64,000 nucleotides of DNA from Amphiscolops sp. MND2022 (GCA_964187785.1 OZ076409.1:35094001-35158000); one strand, 5' to 3'. Counted from the first letter of the stretch, positions 1 through 12,867 are shown. Notes: generated by a model from the letters alone, not told the origin. Numbers and translations: made by a program.

Positions 1-533
1 TATCAGTCTCACTGTCACGAATATCTCCTTCCGAAAATGCAAACTGCGTCTCGTTACCACTCACAGCTACTGAATCAATACGACCACGGGACGTAGACAT
101 TGCAAAGCGATGAATCTGAAAAGTCAGAGGTGAAAACAACAACCGAAAATCTGATGTCATCAAAACGGTGACAAAACATAAAGTTGGCCAATAACCAACG
201 AAAATGGCGTCGACAAAAAGGTTATCAGGGTTAAGAAATTAATCCTATTTCCTAAAATGACGTCATCAAAACGGTGACAATATCAGAAGTTAGCTAAGCT
301 AACGAAATGACGTCAGCATAACGTTGACAAATTTGGCTAGATGAATTATTTTAATTTGCAGCCAACAAAAACTCGACGTCGTCATAGCGACAACAATAAA
401 GTCTGAAAAGGATTAAAATGATTGTTTAACCAATCCCGGGAGGGATTTATCCCGATATTCGCCTTAATCCCAAATAATCCTAAATTCATTGTGGAACAAA
501 CAAAACGAAGAAATCAGTTGATAAAGAAAGAAG

Positions 534-1292
534 ATGAGCAATCTCCTTGACATTTTTGAATTAATCGACATATCATCGTCAAGTGAGGAAGAAGGTGAAA
601 TCGAAAGAGCATCCACCCCGCTACCAAGAGACAGTCAGGTGAACCCCAGGATAATCATTGAAATTCCCCACTCGTCAGCAGAGGCGACGGCAGACGATGA
701 AGAATACCTCGAGTTGTCAATAGACTCATTGGAAACTGACTGTAAAAGAATAAAGCTGAGCGATTCTTATACCAGTTTTGAATCGGTGGAATCTGGGGAG
801 TATCCTCATTCAACTGACTCTGAAGAAGCACCAGCCGACTCCCCTGAAAGCCATGATGAACAACAAAAAGGGGAAGATAACAGCAGCCTAAATTCTGGAG
901 TGTTCGTTGTGGAAGGACATTACGCCCACAGCTCTAAATCAGTAACGAGCACGACCGTTGCGGACTATTTAGAATATGTTGCCCGAGAGGATGCAAGTTC
1001 TTTTTTCGTCACTCCCCCAGGACCATTGAGAAGGGTAAATCTTCGACCGATAAGCCCACTGAACGACCTAGAAGAAAGAGGGACAGCAGCAACAAGTTCT
1101 AAAAGGAATAACAACTACGAACAGTTCCAGCATCAGCTGTTCCAGTTCTGCCAACCCGGGAGAGCTTTTCGCCCCATGACAGTGGCCCTGTCACAGTCCG
1201 CTCCCGGACTGGATTGCGGCTGTAGACGAGTAGGATACGGACGTGGACACGGCTGTACAGCAAAATTGGCAAACAGGTATTTCAGATACTGA
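534..1292 (+). CDS. Acidic, Ser/Glu-rich 252-aa ORF of unknown function inside the giant LTR
   Basis: Uninterrupted ATG-TGA ORF with an acidic low-complexity N-half and a Cys/His/Gly-containing tail (CGCRRVGYGRGHGC). No family recognised. Confidence 0.5.
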   Translation: MSNLLDIFELIDISSSSEEEGEIERASTPLPRDSQVNPRIIIEIPHSSAEATADDEEYLELSIDSLETDCKRIKLSDSYTSFESVESGEYPHSTDSEEAPADSPESHDEQQKGEDNSSLNSGVFVVEGHYAHSSKSVTSTTVADYLEYVAREDASSFFVTPPGPLRRVNLRPISPLNDLEERGTAATSSKRNNNYEQFQHQLFQFCQPGRAFRPMTVALSQSAPGLDCGCRRVGYGRGHGCTAKLANRYFRY

Positions 1293-1649
1293 CTCAAACT
1301 GTAAGTAATGATTAAGATAAACTGTGACTGAAAATGAAAATACGTCTAGTGCGCGCAAATCTAAAAATGAAAATGGAAACAGAGAAACACTTAGCCAAAA
1401 TGATTTCACACATTTCCGGTAGGACGTTTCCATAACGCTGAATTAAATATTTTCCACCTGAAAATAAAATTAAAAGATGTCTTAGGAAAAGATCATAGAC
1501 TAAGCTAAACAAGAATACAGGCACAAATTATCTTCAAACAGAGTACATTAGCTGGATCTAAAGTGGAAAAACACTTTGAAATATATGTAGAGAGATTACG
1601 CCTTGTCAAAAAAAGGATATTTAATTGCGTTTGAACAGCAATTAAAGTG

Positions 1650-2860
1650 GTTTAGGACGCACAAATTGCGCAAAGCAAACAATACGGCAGTGAGAATTTG
1701 GCTACATGTATATTTGTTGTCTATAGGACGCAGACAAGTTTTGAAGGTATACTAAGTGACGTCACTGCCTCGTCTATGCATACCAAAACTCATTCCAATT
1801 ATCCGACTATATCAACCACTATGCTAGAAAATCATTCCGATTTACCGCCAGCGTGACGTCACAATACTAGTAACTAGCTGTTAACTTGTCTCGAGATATG
1901 CGTCAACGATGCGGCAAACTTGGCAGAGTTTAGTATTGCCAAGAAAATGCGTCACAGTGACGACGACAAGTTTATGAAATTAGTTGGAAATAGGCAAATC
2001 TGTCAAAATAACCGGTTTTATCCTCATGTTTAATTCGCAGCTTCATAAGGAAAATGATAACGGTCTTTCTTAATCCACAATACAAACATTTCGTCAGTGT
2101 TAAGCTATCTGAAATTACATCTTAAAATACATCCGATAGAAGTGTAATGTAAAATCCAGTTAGTGCGTTAGCTAGTCGTCATGCATTTTTGACAATAGAA
2201 GAAAACCTGCCCGGATATCTTTAAATGAGATTTTCACAAGAAGTTAGGCAAAAGTCACAGTTTATACTCATGTTCAGTGCGGGTAAAATATATTTTGTAC
2301 CCAGAAATGTATTTTCATAACTTTGTACCTTTATCTTCGATTTGGTAAACATGTACATGATGATTGTTGATGCAATTGTTTTCTTATACAAGTTCTCCTA
2401 ATGGGTTTGTAAACTGTTGTGCTGATGACGAAATCATAGCTGTGGAAGCGTTAATTGTTGTTATGCTATTGGTTTTGTAAAAAGTGACGCAATTGGTGCG
2501 ACAAACCAAGTTTTGTATCTGTTTTACTCCTTATTTTGTTGGAAATTCATGAATGCTAATTTTATTCCTATACTTATATTAATCTTCCGAAATTTTCTCC
2601 TAGCATCGATTAAATAATTCTAGTCTGGAATTAGCCATTGCATTTTCATCAAGTTGAAATTCAAAATCAGGTATTAGTTGTTCACGTCAGCGTCATCTCA
2701 GCGTCAATTTCCCGCGAACCGAAGCAGCAAAACAGGGAATTATTTCCGGTTTGATAGACTGAAGTAATATCTACTTCCTGCTCGGGAGGAAGCAAAAGGA
2801 CGCCGGAATGAAATGATATATGAATATGTGTGATGACTAATACTAAATGTAGGACATCGT
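1650..2860 (-). pseudogene. Decayed antisense Cys-rich (CxxC) ORF inside the giant LTR
   Basis: Minus-strand translations give FFYCQKC (~2180-2205), TKCLYCG (~2074-2095), LCQVCR (~1910-1928) and LCAICAS (~1655-1676), separated by stops and frameshifts. Confidence 0.35.
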
Positions 2861-2989
2861 GTCTCAAATTTTGTCGAATTGTCGACGCACTTTTGGGATT
2901 TTAATGATTTTTTCACCGAAAAAACAGGAAATGACTAATCATTTTAAAGAATTTGGGAATATGTACGTGATCAAATGATGCTAGGAGGG

Positions 2990-2997
2990 TATATATA
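2990..2997 (+). promoter_or_regulatory. TATA box of the LTR promoter
   Basis: TATATATAG about 165 bp upstream of the gag-like ATG at 3155. The same arrangement occurs at 11670-11677 upstream of ATG 11799. Confidence 0.5.
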
Positions 2998-3154
2998 GGA
3001 AGTGCAAATTTTCCTAAGGGACTCAGTCTTTTGCCAGTGCTACAACTTAGTTGTTTCAAACTTGTTATTCTCAAACTATCCTTATTCCTCTAACCTTGTT
3101 GAAAATCAGAAAGAAAAAATTGAATTCTTCAAGAACAAATCTTTCTTCAACAAC

Positions 3155-3554
3155 ATGTCTACAACAAGAAGCCAAAAGAGAAAGAATGCCCAGCGGGAAG
3201 CTGATGATAATGTAAGTGAAGGCTTCGTTTCACCGATAAATATGGAAAATTCCCATCCTTTAGACCAAAACGTAGAATTAGCAGGTCCTTCGAAACCCAA
3301 GTCCCCCTGGGTAGAAAATAGTTTCCTGGAAAGTATAAGGTCCTCCCTGAAGGAAGAAATAACGTCTGAGAATAAGACCCTTTTGCTCGAGTCGCAAAAG
3401 GAAATGTTGAAACTCTTGAAACCTGAAACGCGAGAAAACATAAGAGATCATGTATCGGAAGAATTAGAGAATGAAACGAGAAGTTTCTATACTCCAACGA
3501 AAACAGTGCGAATTAATTTTACCCAAAACGAAGATCAGAACATTATTCGTAACA
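3155..3554 (+). pseudogene. N-terminal fragment of a putative gag ORF beginning inside the LTR
   Basis: MSTTRSQKRK basic start, then coiled-coil-like SLKEEITSENKTLLLESQKEMLKLL. The frame runs off the LTR end (...IIRN) into flanking DNA and stops at 3592. Confidence 0.5.
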
Positions 3555-4900
3555 GTGTGGAAGCACTGCTTTCAGGTACAGGCATTTTCTGAATGACTAA
3601 TCAACTATAGCGCCAACGATAAACAAAGGAAGATAATAGTCCTCAAATTCAAGTCGGATAGGCCACCGATGAGCTAATCGTCCAGTGACCACACCGAACT
3701 CAACTCACAGGGCAAGAAAAACTTTGAACGTTAATTTTTCAAAGTTTGCTTCAAACGTTTCTTGAAACTCTTTTTCCTTTGAGAGTGTTTTTGCTGGAGC
3801 TTCTTGTATTTTGAGATAAAGCTTTAAGGTTGTTTCGATGCTCCAAAACAATGACCAAAGACTTTAATTCAATGTCTGCTACTGGATGAAGTCGGAAAAA
3901 CTCATTCAAAAAAGGGATATCACTCTCTTTTCTTCGAGAGGGAAGATTTTCTGTGACTCGAATAACAATGAAATCTTGATCACGAAGATCATCAAGTGCA
4001 TGGAGTGCACCGATACGTTCACAATAGACTAATGCTGTTATATAATGGAACGCAAAATGGAATTCCTACATGGAATCGTATGAAACATAGGTGCCAAATT
4101 TTCATATGTAGAATCTCATGGTACTGTATAGATCATTTAGTTAGACTGACTAGAATTACATGGAAGCGTTAGGGTTCAGATTCAGACTGTGTTTTTGCAT
4201 CATTTTAAGCTATAGAATCTTGCTAAGAGCGCTGTGAGTACCAGCAAGTGGGTACAAGAAACTTGAGTTTCTAATTCTTGAACCTTCTGTGCACGAATGA
4301 ATTGTCCAATTTAACTGTATCATAGGGTCAGCTCGATTACTTTGACGGTTTTTAAGTTTGATTTACATAATGCAAAATCTTTGATAGGCTCTTTTCTGTT
4401 CCCTCTCATACCATCAAATCTTTTTGAATCGGCGCAAATCAAAGTGAAATCTTTTTCTTTAACAGGAAGTTAACTTCTATCGGAATGTTTTGCGTTCAAA
4501 GAAAACATATTTCACACATTTTGACTGTGATTAGGTTGAAATTAACCAATTTCAGTAACTCAAAAACTGAGTTAGTCGATTTCCCAATCAAGAATGCGTG
4601 ACTTCATAAGGCGAAATAGTGTGAACAAAGTTCATAACTGGAGAAAAGAACCCTTTGATGTATCATTGCAAATTGACGAAAGGAACGTGAAACTTTTCCA
4701 TGCTGCTGAACTTAACTTCACTGAAAATATTGGTAATGAAAACAATCCGCAACATAAGAAATGCAAGTGTACACGAGTCGGTCTAAGAGTTATTGCCGAC
4801 CTTGAGACATTAGGAAAGAAGCTGAGAAGAAACAAAAACATGACACCAAATTGTATTTTATGGCGTTGGCGCTCAAACATACTTTCATGACGCCTGTGTT
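3555..4900 (-). pseudogene. LRR ectodomain remnant (TLR-like copy A), cut by the giant LTR
   Basis: ELKSLVIVLEHRNNLKALSQNT (~3805-3870). LRRCT-like KINVQSFSC-x-CEL across a frameshift (~3700-3740). KRFDGM and LKTVKVIELTL (~4320-4425). Confidence 0.45.
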
Positions 4901-5404
4901 AATGGGAAACATAAAAGCCGGTCGTAGATTGCATGGAATTCAAGGGTCTATTTGAAGATCAATTAAAATCCTGCGCTAAAATTGATAGAACAAATCTGTA
5001 TAACACTCTCAGATTAGTTTTTAGAAAAGAGGCAAGTTAAGATGGCTTTCAAATTCATGCAACATTTCATCAAAAACAACGTGTTGAACATTTGAAGTGT
5101 TAATCTAAAAAATCCATGAAATATTTTTTATATAAATGGTACAAACACGTTGACATGGATTTGTTGATACTGCGACGGCCAGTGCATTTATTATCGTCTT
5201 CAATACGTGACGTCATTGATAGAATGTAGAATGGTTTGTCTGGTTTTAGTGGTACTTGGTTAGTTTTGGTATCAAAGTTTGGAACGTTTAGAACCGGCGG
5301 TGGTGACGGGGGGTGATAGAGGACAACAGTGGCTACTATAACCAGTGGTTGGAACTCTGGAACAGTAGAATCACAGGCTGAATATTATTATTGTTCACAC
5401 CAAC

Positions 5405-6067
5405 ATGCAGCGCAGTTTGAGTTTTTCTCATTCCACACAACTGTCAAACAATAAACAGCCACGCGAGCTGCCATCAAGAAAAGAACAACAACAATGTTTC
5501 GCCAATTGCTCCTCTGCCTATGTTACTCTTGTGGCAAACACCAATACCAGTCATACAACAACCGATGGCAGCGGAGACGTCGACGACAACGGCGACGGCG
5601 ACGAGAAGGACCATGGAAGCCGCAATTGCTATTCCTTGGCAATTGTGGAATTGGCGGCATTGAGTTCGAGGAATATTAAACCGGTCGCCGCTTGTTCCCC
5701 ACCAGCAACGGCCTTGCACTGCAACAACCAAACCAACAGACCCCTCGGTCCCTCAGCTCGTTGCAACTCTTACCATTCTACCAGTGTTGAAAACTCACCG
5801 GTCGTCGCCGCCACAGGCACTGCTTTTACTTATTGTCTACCCACAGACACTACTACCAGCAGCCAAACCCAAAACACATCGAACCCTGCAAATGCCAACA
5901 ACGTCATCAAAGGATTCAAGATCGTGCCACCTTTATCTGTAGTGACCCAACCACACACTCATAGACCTAGATTGAGTCTGACCCGAGACAACCGGGGACC
6001 CAGTCTCAACCGCAAACTGGCTAAAATGTCCAGCCAGGCTTCTCACAACGCTTCTAACGAAGGCGAG
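5405..6067 (+). CDS. Possible first coding exon of a host gene (low-complexity Ser/Thr/Asn-rich)
   Basis: 221 open codons ending at a strong donor GAG|GTGAGT (6068). A candidate 88-nt intron ends at ttatttttag (6155), after which the frame reads ILIPGAYLEKQ. No further exons identified. Confidence 0.4.
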
Positions 6068-7669
6068 GTGAGTTATCTTCACTTGAACTTTACTACAGCA
6101 AAACTTGAAACAGATCTGTGTATGTTGTTTACCGACATACTTAGCTTATTTTTAGATTTTGATACCAGGCGCCTATTTAGAAAAACAGGACTGCTTATTC
6201 TGCGTTCACCCCCGTAATTGGGAAACAAACATTCTTTTCATCCTTAGCTGGAGTTCTGACTTTCACTTCATTTTTGGAATCAGCTGCAATTCAGCAGTCG
6301 TTGATGCGTGAAAAGAAACTTGATGTTTTTCAGGATTAGTTTTATGTTCACGTTCAAAGCCTATTTTGTGTTTCTAAATCTGCAATCTTAAATATCGGTT
6401 TTGCGAAGAATGCCTAGCCTGGAAAAGCGCAACAGTTGTTTTAATATCTAGCTAAGTGACTACGGTAATATTCACTTGTCATTCAGAGTCTGTCTTTCTT
6501 TCGATAAAACTTCAATACTTTGAATCAAGATAGATGCAAACTCCCACCACGGGGACTTATTTGTTGAAATAAAATAAAAAAGGCGCAAAAAACCAAAGGA
6601 GGTTGTTGCAGACTGAATAGGACCGTTCTGACTAAAAACGACAGGAATTGAAGACTTTGTAATGTGATTTTTCTCATGAAAATCGAGCAGTGTCAAAATC
6701 ACCCGAAAGAAAACTCTTTAGGCGTGAAAAACAATTTTTTTCCAACCATCACCAATCTAAAAAAACCACATAACAACTTTTTTGATTTTTGTGAAAACGT
6801 CGATGTAACGTCGAAAGTTCGGTTATAGCGTTCTGGTACAAATGGGAACGATTTTTTTCGAACCTCCGCCTCCTTAGTAAAACGCAATATAGTTCAGATA
6901 TAGCGTCAAAATTTTCGTCTGTACTGAAAAAATATATAGGTGGATATAAATTGAGAAAATCTACCTTCAGACAAAAATGAAAATTTTGAAACAGTCTCAA
7001 AGTCCCGAAAACGCAAAAAACTGCCTGAAAACGTTAAAAAAACTTGAAATGTCTGTTTTTCCAATATTTGGTCATTCAGAAGAAACTTTTGACAATAGAT
7101 TAGGCTTTTTTTGAAAAACGTGCTTCGGATCTAGTTTTTTTATCTGGAGCTTTTCGAAGCTTTTATTTTACCGGAATTTTCCAATCTCAAATAAAATTCA
7201 TTGAAAGTGTCACAAATCGACAAAAAATTTGACTTTTTGCGGTCAATTTTTAGCTGTTTTCCAACCGAAGTCTGCAAATTCCTTTAGAACCCATGGATCA
7301 TGAGTTAAGTTTTTGTTGAAGGTTTGCCAACATTCTGATTCTAAAACGATTCAAAAAGTACACGAGTTGCACAAAAACGAAGATGTTGAAATATTTCGAA
7401 ACCTTTGGAGTCATTCTGAAGTGTTTTTGAAGCAAAAACTGAAACTTTCTCTTGAAAAAAGGTAATGCATAGCTCGTTCTTTCGTTGTTGAGTTGATTGT
7501 GTTGGAACTTTGAACGGAATCTCTCGACAAACGTACACAAATTGCATGAGAAACAACAATAACTTCATTGATTTTGACGAATAAGCGTCAATTTGAGGCA
7601 TTTTTCTTTCAAAAATTGAAATTATCTCGTGGCGAAAGCTTACCGAAACAACACGTACACCCATGCCTT

Positions 7670-9280
7670 AGGCGTTTCAACATTCTAGTCCACGAAGTTT
7701 ATCGAAAAATTAACAAAAATTGAACACAATTAGTGAAATCCGGAATTTTTTTCGAAATTTTGTCTTTTTCGATGTCGATTCCGGACAGTCATTGTTTAAT
7801 AAACTGCATTAGTCTCCTTTCTAAGCATACTGAACAACACATTTTTTCAGTGTTGACCGTTTTCAACATTCCCATCAACGAAGTCTGTCAACAATTTGGA
7901 AAAAATGTATAAAATCTTTGAAAATTGGTAAATTTTGTGTTTTTTATCATTTCGGTGACAATTCGAGACATTTTCACATAGGAAACTCCAATAAACTCTT
8001 CGGAATAGCCTACTGGACATTCAATCTTTTCCTTGTTGATCCCTTAAGACGTTCCAATCTACCAAGTCTGTCGAAACTTTATCAAAAAAGCATAAAAACT
8101 ATGAAAAATGAGAATTTTGGGATGTTTGTCGTTTTCGGTGTCAATTCGAGACTTTTTCACTTAAAAAACTGTAATAAACTCTTCCGAAACGCCTACTGGA
8201 CAACAAGCTCTTTCTTGTTGACGCTTTTCAACGTTGCAATCTACACAGTCTAACAAAAATTTTGAGAAAATTCAAAAATTCTTTGAAAATTGAAAAAGTG
8301 TGTGTTTTTTGTCGTTTTTGGTGACAATTCGAGACATTTTCACTTCGAAAACTGCAATTAACTCTTCGGAAAAACCTAATGGACAACACAATTTTTGTGT
8401 TGATTGTTTGTAACGTTCGAATCCACTCAGTCAGTCTGTCAAAAAACTGGAACAAAATGAAATAAATCTTTGAAAATTGAAAAACTTTGTGATTTTCGTC
8501 AATTTTGGTGTCACTTTGAGACATTTTCGCATCAAAAACAGCAATAAACTCTTCGGAAAAGCCTACTGAACAACTCACTTTTTCCTTGTTGACCCTTTTC
8601 AATGTTCCAATTTATAAAGTTTGTCACAAATATGGTAAAAAATGCATAAAACCTTTGAAAGTTGGAAAATTTTGTGATTTTGGTGACATTTCGAGACCTT
8701 TTCACTTAGAAAACTGTAATACATTCTTCGGAAACACCTACTGGACAACACAATTCTTTGTTGACTCTTTTCAACGTTGCAATCTACACAGTCTCTCAAA
8801 AACTCTAATCACATTCTAATCCACTAAGTCTGTCAAAAATTTGCCGAAAAAAGCCTAAAAACTTTGAAAAAATATATAAAATTTTGGGATTTTTGTCATT
8901 TTCGGTGTCACTTTGAGATTTTTTATTTGGGAAAACTCTCTCTCTCTCTCTATCTCTTCCGAAAAGCCCATTGGACAACGAGCTAGTGCCATGTTGAGCG
9001 TTGTCAACATTCTAATCCACGAAGTCTATCGAGAATTTGACAAAAATTGCATAAAAACGTTGTAAATCTGGAAAGTTTTGGTGTTTTGTCATTTTTGGGT
9101 TTTTTCCCCGAAAAACTGCATTTATCTCTTCATAAATGGCTACTGGACAACGAGTTCTTGCTTTGTTGAACCTTTCCAACATTCTAATCCACGACATCTA
9201 TCGAAAAATTGACAAAAATTGCATTAAAACTTGAAAAAATTGGAAATTTTAGCGAATTATCTCTTTTTGGGGTCAACTAA
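7670..9280. repeat. Tandem satellite, ~185-bp unit, about 9 diverged copies
   Basis: Recurring caacattc(t/c)aatc..aagtct.tc.aaaa / aaactcttcggaaa.gcctactggacaac blocks starting near 7678, 7864, 8050, 8229, 8411, 8600, 8772, 9006 and 9177. Confidence 0.9.
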
Positions 9281-10489
9281 AAAGTCCAGAAATCTCCACA
9301 AATACAAATCACACGAAGCTAAATTCATGTGAGTTGAATTCCATGGGTAGCACCCTTAAAGTGAAATATAATTTTGGTGCTTGGCAAATTTTGTAAAAAA
9401 ATTGTAAAAAAACCGTTTGATTTAAATATTTTCCTTTCACATATGAAATATGGGTGGAAAATAATAAAATGTAGTTCCCAAAATTAAAGAATACCAACGG
9501 TTCGTGACTGGCAGAGATTAACTTTTACCCGAAAAAAAATACTGCTTGTTTCGAATTTTAGCAGAATTTTCGGTAAGATATGTTGTCAGTTGATGGACGA
9601 CTGGCAGATTGGATAAGAATGGGTTTGAACTTTAATCAATTGGCTTACCTGTATTTCAAAATCAAATTTCCTGATTTTGAAATGAGACTCCGCGAGACAA
9701 TGATCATTGCAATTTCTAAATTTCTAGCTACATATCTCTTTGCTGTTAAAATCAAGAAAGTGGACAAAGTAGATAATTCTTTCATGTAGCTTTTAAACAA
9801 ATCAACTATTCTGATTTGACAAGAAATGACACAAAAGCTTAACGAAACGTAAGATGATTTTTTTTCTGATATTTGAAAGTGGAAATCACATAAAGACAAT
9901 TACCCCCACCCTTGCAAAGGCATTCTAACAAGTGACCTCTCAAACCGTGCACTTCTTCGAAAAAGCATATCGGCCAACTTCCATGCAATGTATGTGTAGT
10001 CATTGATTCCCTTGCATTTTTGTTCCCAATATTTCAAACAAAATTACGCAATGGGTTCTAGGTTTTGAACAACTTTGATCATTCCACGTCGAAAGAAAAT
10101 TGAAAAATATATGCTTTTGCAAAAACCCTCTTTTTGGAGAACTCAATACAACTTTTGTATTTGTTGCAATCAAATTTGAATGGTAAAATTTGAAATTGTT
10201 GGGACTGGATTCCTGATGACCCGAATTTTGAGGTTAAAAAATCAGTAATTGTTCTCATCTGTTTGTCGCCCAACGTTTCTTTCAGTCTTGGTTTCTCTTT
10301 CCTTTTTAATTAATTATTCCTTGAAGTTGGATGTCAGGAAAAATTGCTATTTTTAGCCGGCGTTTTAAGAAAGCGCTAGCTATAGTAAATTGTTCTCACA
10401 GATTGACAAAATTTTGAAATTGACAGCTGTTTCCAGTTAGTATCTTTATAAATTAATATGCCTCTTCAAAAAATGTGCCACTTGAATAA

Positions 10490-12348
10490 TGTTAACTACA
10501 AGTGTGTTATACATATGTTATATGCGCTATGTACATACATGTATACTACGAAAGCTACACCGCAGTGTACACGAGTTGCATGAAAACATGTTTTCACTTT
10601 CCGGACATAAAGTTCGCGGACTCAGACTATCTCCCCGGTTGACCCTCCATGCAAGTCGCGGAATGATCATGCCAAAATCTTATCCTTGATCGTGCCACGG
10701 TTCGTAGTACGAGATCCATGGTTCATGTGATCTGTCTGCAATATTACTAGGCATGGTAGGGCGGGCCGGTAGGCATGATGATGATGTGAGAGTCAACCTG
10801 GCATAGCTAGATGTCGCAGGCGGCCGCCTGCGATGGCAACTGGTATTCGATTGACTACAATCACTACAACACTCTCCCTGGTACAATATCCCTTGACTAA
10901 GGAAAGTGGACACGCTGTCTAAAAGACAATATCAAACTAAAACTTTTTTCCCATTTTAATATTATTTTAATTTTGCCATTAGTTTAGCATTAACATTCGG
11001 AGCTATGAAGGATTAATCTCCATGTAATTTATTTCTTTTGTACGGTAAAACGTGCTATCATTTGATATAATTTCACATGTAAAAATACAATGCATTGTTT
11101 GTAATTGGACACCAAGGCATACAGGCAAAGGAAACGTGTTCAAATGTTTCCTTGCCTGTCGCCTTGGACGGCGAGTCCGAACAAGCTATTAGCCAATCAC
11201 AGCGCAGTATTCTAATATTAGCGCTTTATTCAGTGCTTTCAATTAATGGACTTGACAGCCATATGCCGCCTGTCAGCAAACAAATTAGTACTCTAATGTC
11301 GATTGGACACTGAGTCCAAATTTAAATCAAAAGTGCTTTGCGGTAAATGCAGTTGCTTGCATGCTAAAGAAGCCTTTGATTACTCATGAAATACGCATTT
11401 AATCTCAGAAAGCCTTACAGTCATATAGTTTCAAATACTATTAGTACATTTACGTATAATTTCCATGAAATGTTGCTGAAAGTTGAAACACATGCATTTT
11501 GTTGCTCTGTATATGTATCTACCTATTTTGTTATTAAGTTTAGATATTGTTCTAAGTTACGTCATTAAATGTTTGAAAGGACACGTAGTCCTTGTTGCTA
11601 ATTTTAGACATAACGGTGTTATAAATAGCACCGTGACTCTCATTATTTGAAACGTCATGTAGAATCTAGTATATATAGCCGGGACAACTGGTCCTGGGGA
11701 CATAAATTTTCGATCCTACATGCTGAAGTTACTTAGTAATAAAACGCTGATTTACAAGCCAAAGACAATTCATGTTTTTTCTTCTGTAATAATTTCTTAT
11801 GTCTTCCACAAGAAGAGAGAAAGCGAAAGCTAGAAAATCGAGGGAAAGGGACATGATGTCCGATTTGGATAACTTAGACATTATGCTAGGGAATGGGAAT
11901 GACAATCCTATAGAAAGAGAACTAGCAAGCGCTTTTGAACAACCTTCAGTCCAAGGAGACATTGAGGACAAAATACACTAAGGAAGTGATTATAGGGATT
12001 TTACATATGAAAATGATCCACTCAGGCAAAATGATGTTAGACAATCCTTTGAGACCTTTTCGAATGAGTTTAATCTCAGACTGTCTCAAGAGATGGACTC
12101 TATGAAGTCCATGGTTCACAATCAGATAAACAGTGCTATCAGCACTGCTATATCTGAAAGAGTTATTGCAGGGATTCAGAACATTGTAAGTTCGATGTCA
12201 TCTTCGGGGAAGAGGGACACTGAGGCCAGCATGTCCCCTAATAGCCAGGAAAACAAGGAAAGTACATCCGGGTTAAAAAATAAATTAGCAAAAAAGGACT
12301 CACGGTCCGCTTGTGATTTGAGAGACACCACGGGACGTGGGTCTTACA
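10490..12348 (+). mobile_element. Solo-LTR-like segment 2 with gag-like ORF start (left end uncertain)
   Basis: TATA 11670-11677. Disrupted ORF from 11799: MSSTRREKAKARKSRERDMMSDLDNLDIMLG...NEFNLRLSQEMDSMKSMVHNQINSAISTAISERV, ending at ...TCTTACA (12348) next to unrelated DNA. Homologous to the ORF at 39232-39777. Confidence 0.55.
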
Positions 12349-12353
12349 CTAGA

Positions 12354-12867
12354 TTTTTAGTCGGCGCGTTTTCCTTTTAAGGAAAAATGCCAGACTATAG
12401 CAGTGACCTTTTTTTTCTTCAGCCTCACACTGATCGGTCCACTTTTTAGAAACAATCCTGAAACCACCCAAGGCGCCCATTCCGGCAAAGAGGTCAAGGC
12501 AAATTTAGTGCAAACCTTTTTCAAGGTAACCTACACAACCGGACGGGACTACAGAGTCCCCCCTTTCGATTTTTTCGATTTTTTTCGGCACTGTGCGACT
12601 TTTTTTCGAAAATTTTTTTGTCTCCAAAGGGTCCCCCCTTTCATTTTTTTGACGTAATCTACAAAACCGTCCGAGGCTAAAGGGTCCCCCCTTTTGTTTT
12701 TTTTTCTGCACTGTCCGACATTTTCCTTAAAATTTTTTTTTCGAAAATTTCAAGTTTTTTCGAGAATTTCAAGTTTTTTTCGAAAATTTCAAGTTTTTTT
12801 TCGAAAAAATGTTTTGCGCTTTTTGAGCCTTAGATATAGCGCCGACTTTAGACGTTCTCGTCTTGTT
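12354..12867 (+). mobile_element. Non-autonomous Helentron (HINE/DINE-1-like)
   Basis: T-run plus subterminal IR AGTCGGCGC (12359-12367) / GCGCCGACT (12839-12847), 3' hairpin-like agacgttctcgtct, terminal CTTGTT, no TSD. Confidence 0.75.

Larger units (their letters stand above)
13..3554 (+). mobile_element. Giant (3542 bp) solo-LTR-like segment of an LTR retrotransposon
   Basis: TG...CA ends with 11-bp terminal inverted repeat (TGTCACGAATA 13-23 / TATTCGTAACA 3544-3554, 10/11). Internal TATATATA at 2990-2997 is followed by a gag-like ORF. No PBS follows 3554. 5-bp flanks CTCAC / GTGTG do not match. Confidence 0.65.

Noticed and set aside
10..3557. CACTG...CAGTG 14-bp IR suggesting a CACTA/EnSpm transposon
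   Set aside because: No 2-3-bp TSD and no transposase motifs. TG..CA ends, TATA box and gag-like ORF fit an LTR better.
8936..8958. (TC)n microsatellite
   Set aside because: Ordinary short slippage expansion within one satellite unit.
10807..10813. CTAGA-TG as a TSD-defined left end for solo LTR 2
   Set aside because: It matches the CTAGA after 12348, but TGTCGC is a poor inverted match to CTTACA and LTR-like sequence seems to continue leftwards. May be chance, so left unresolved.
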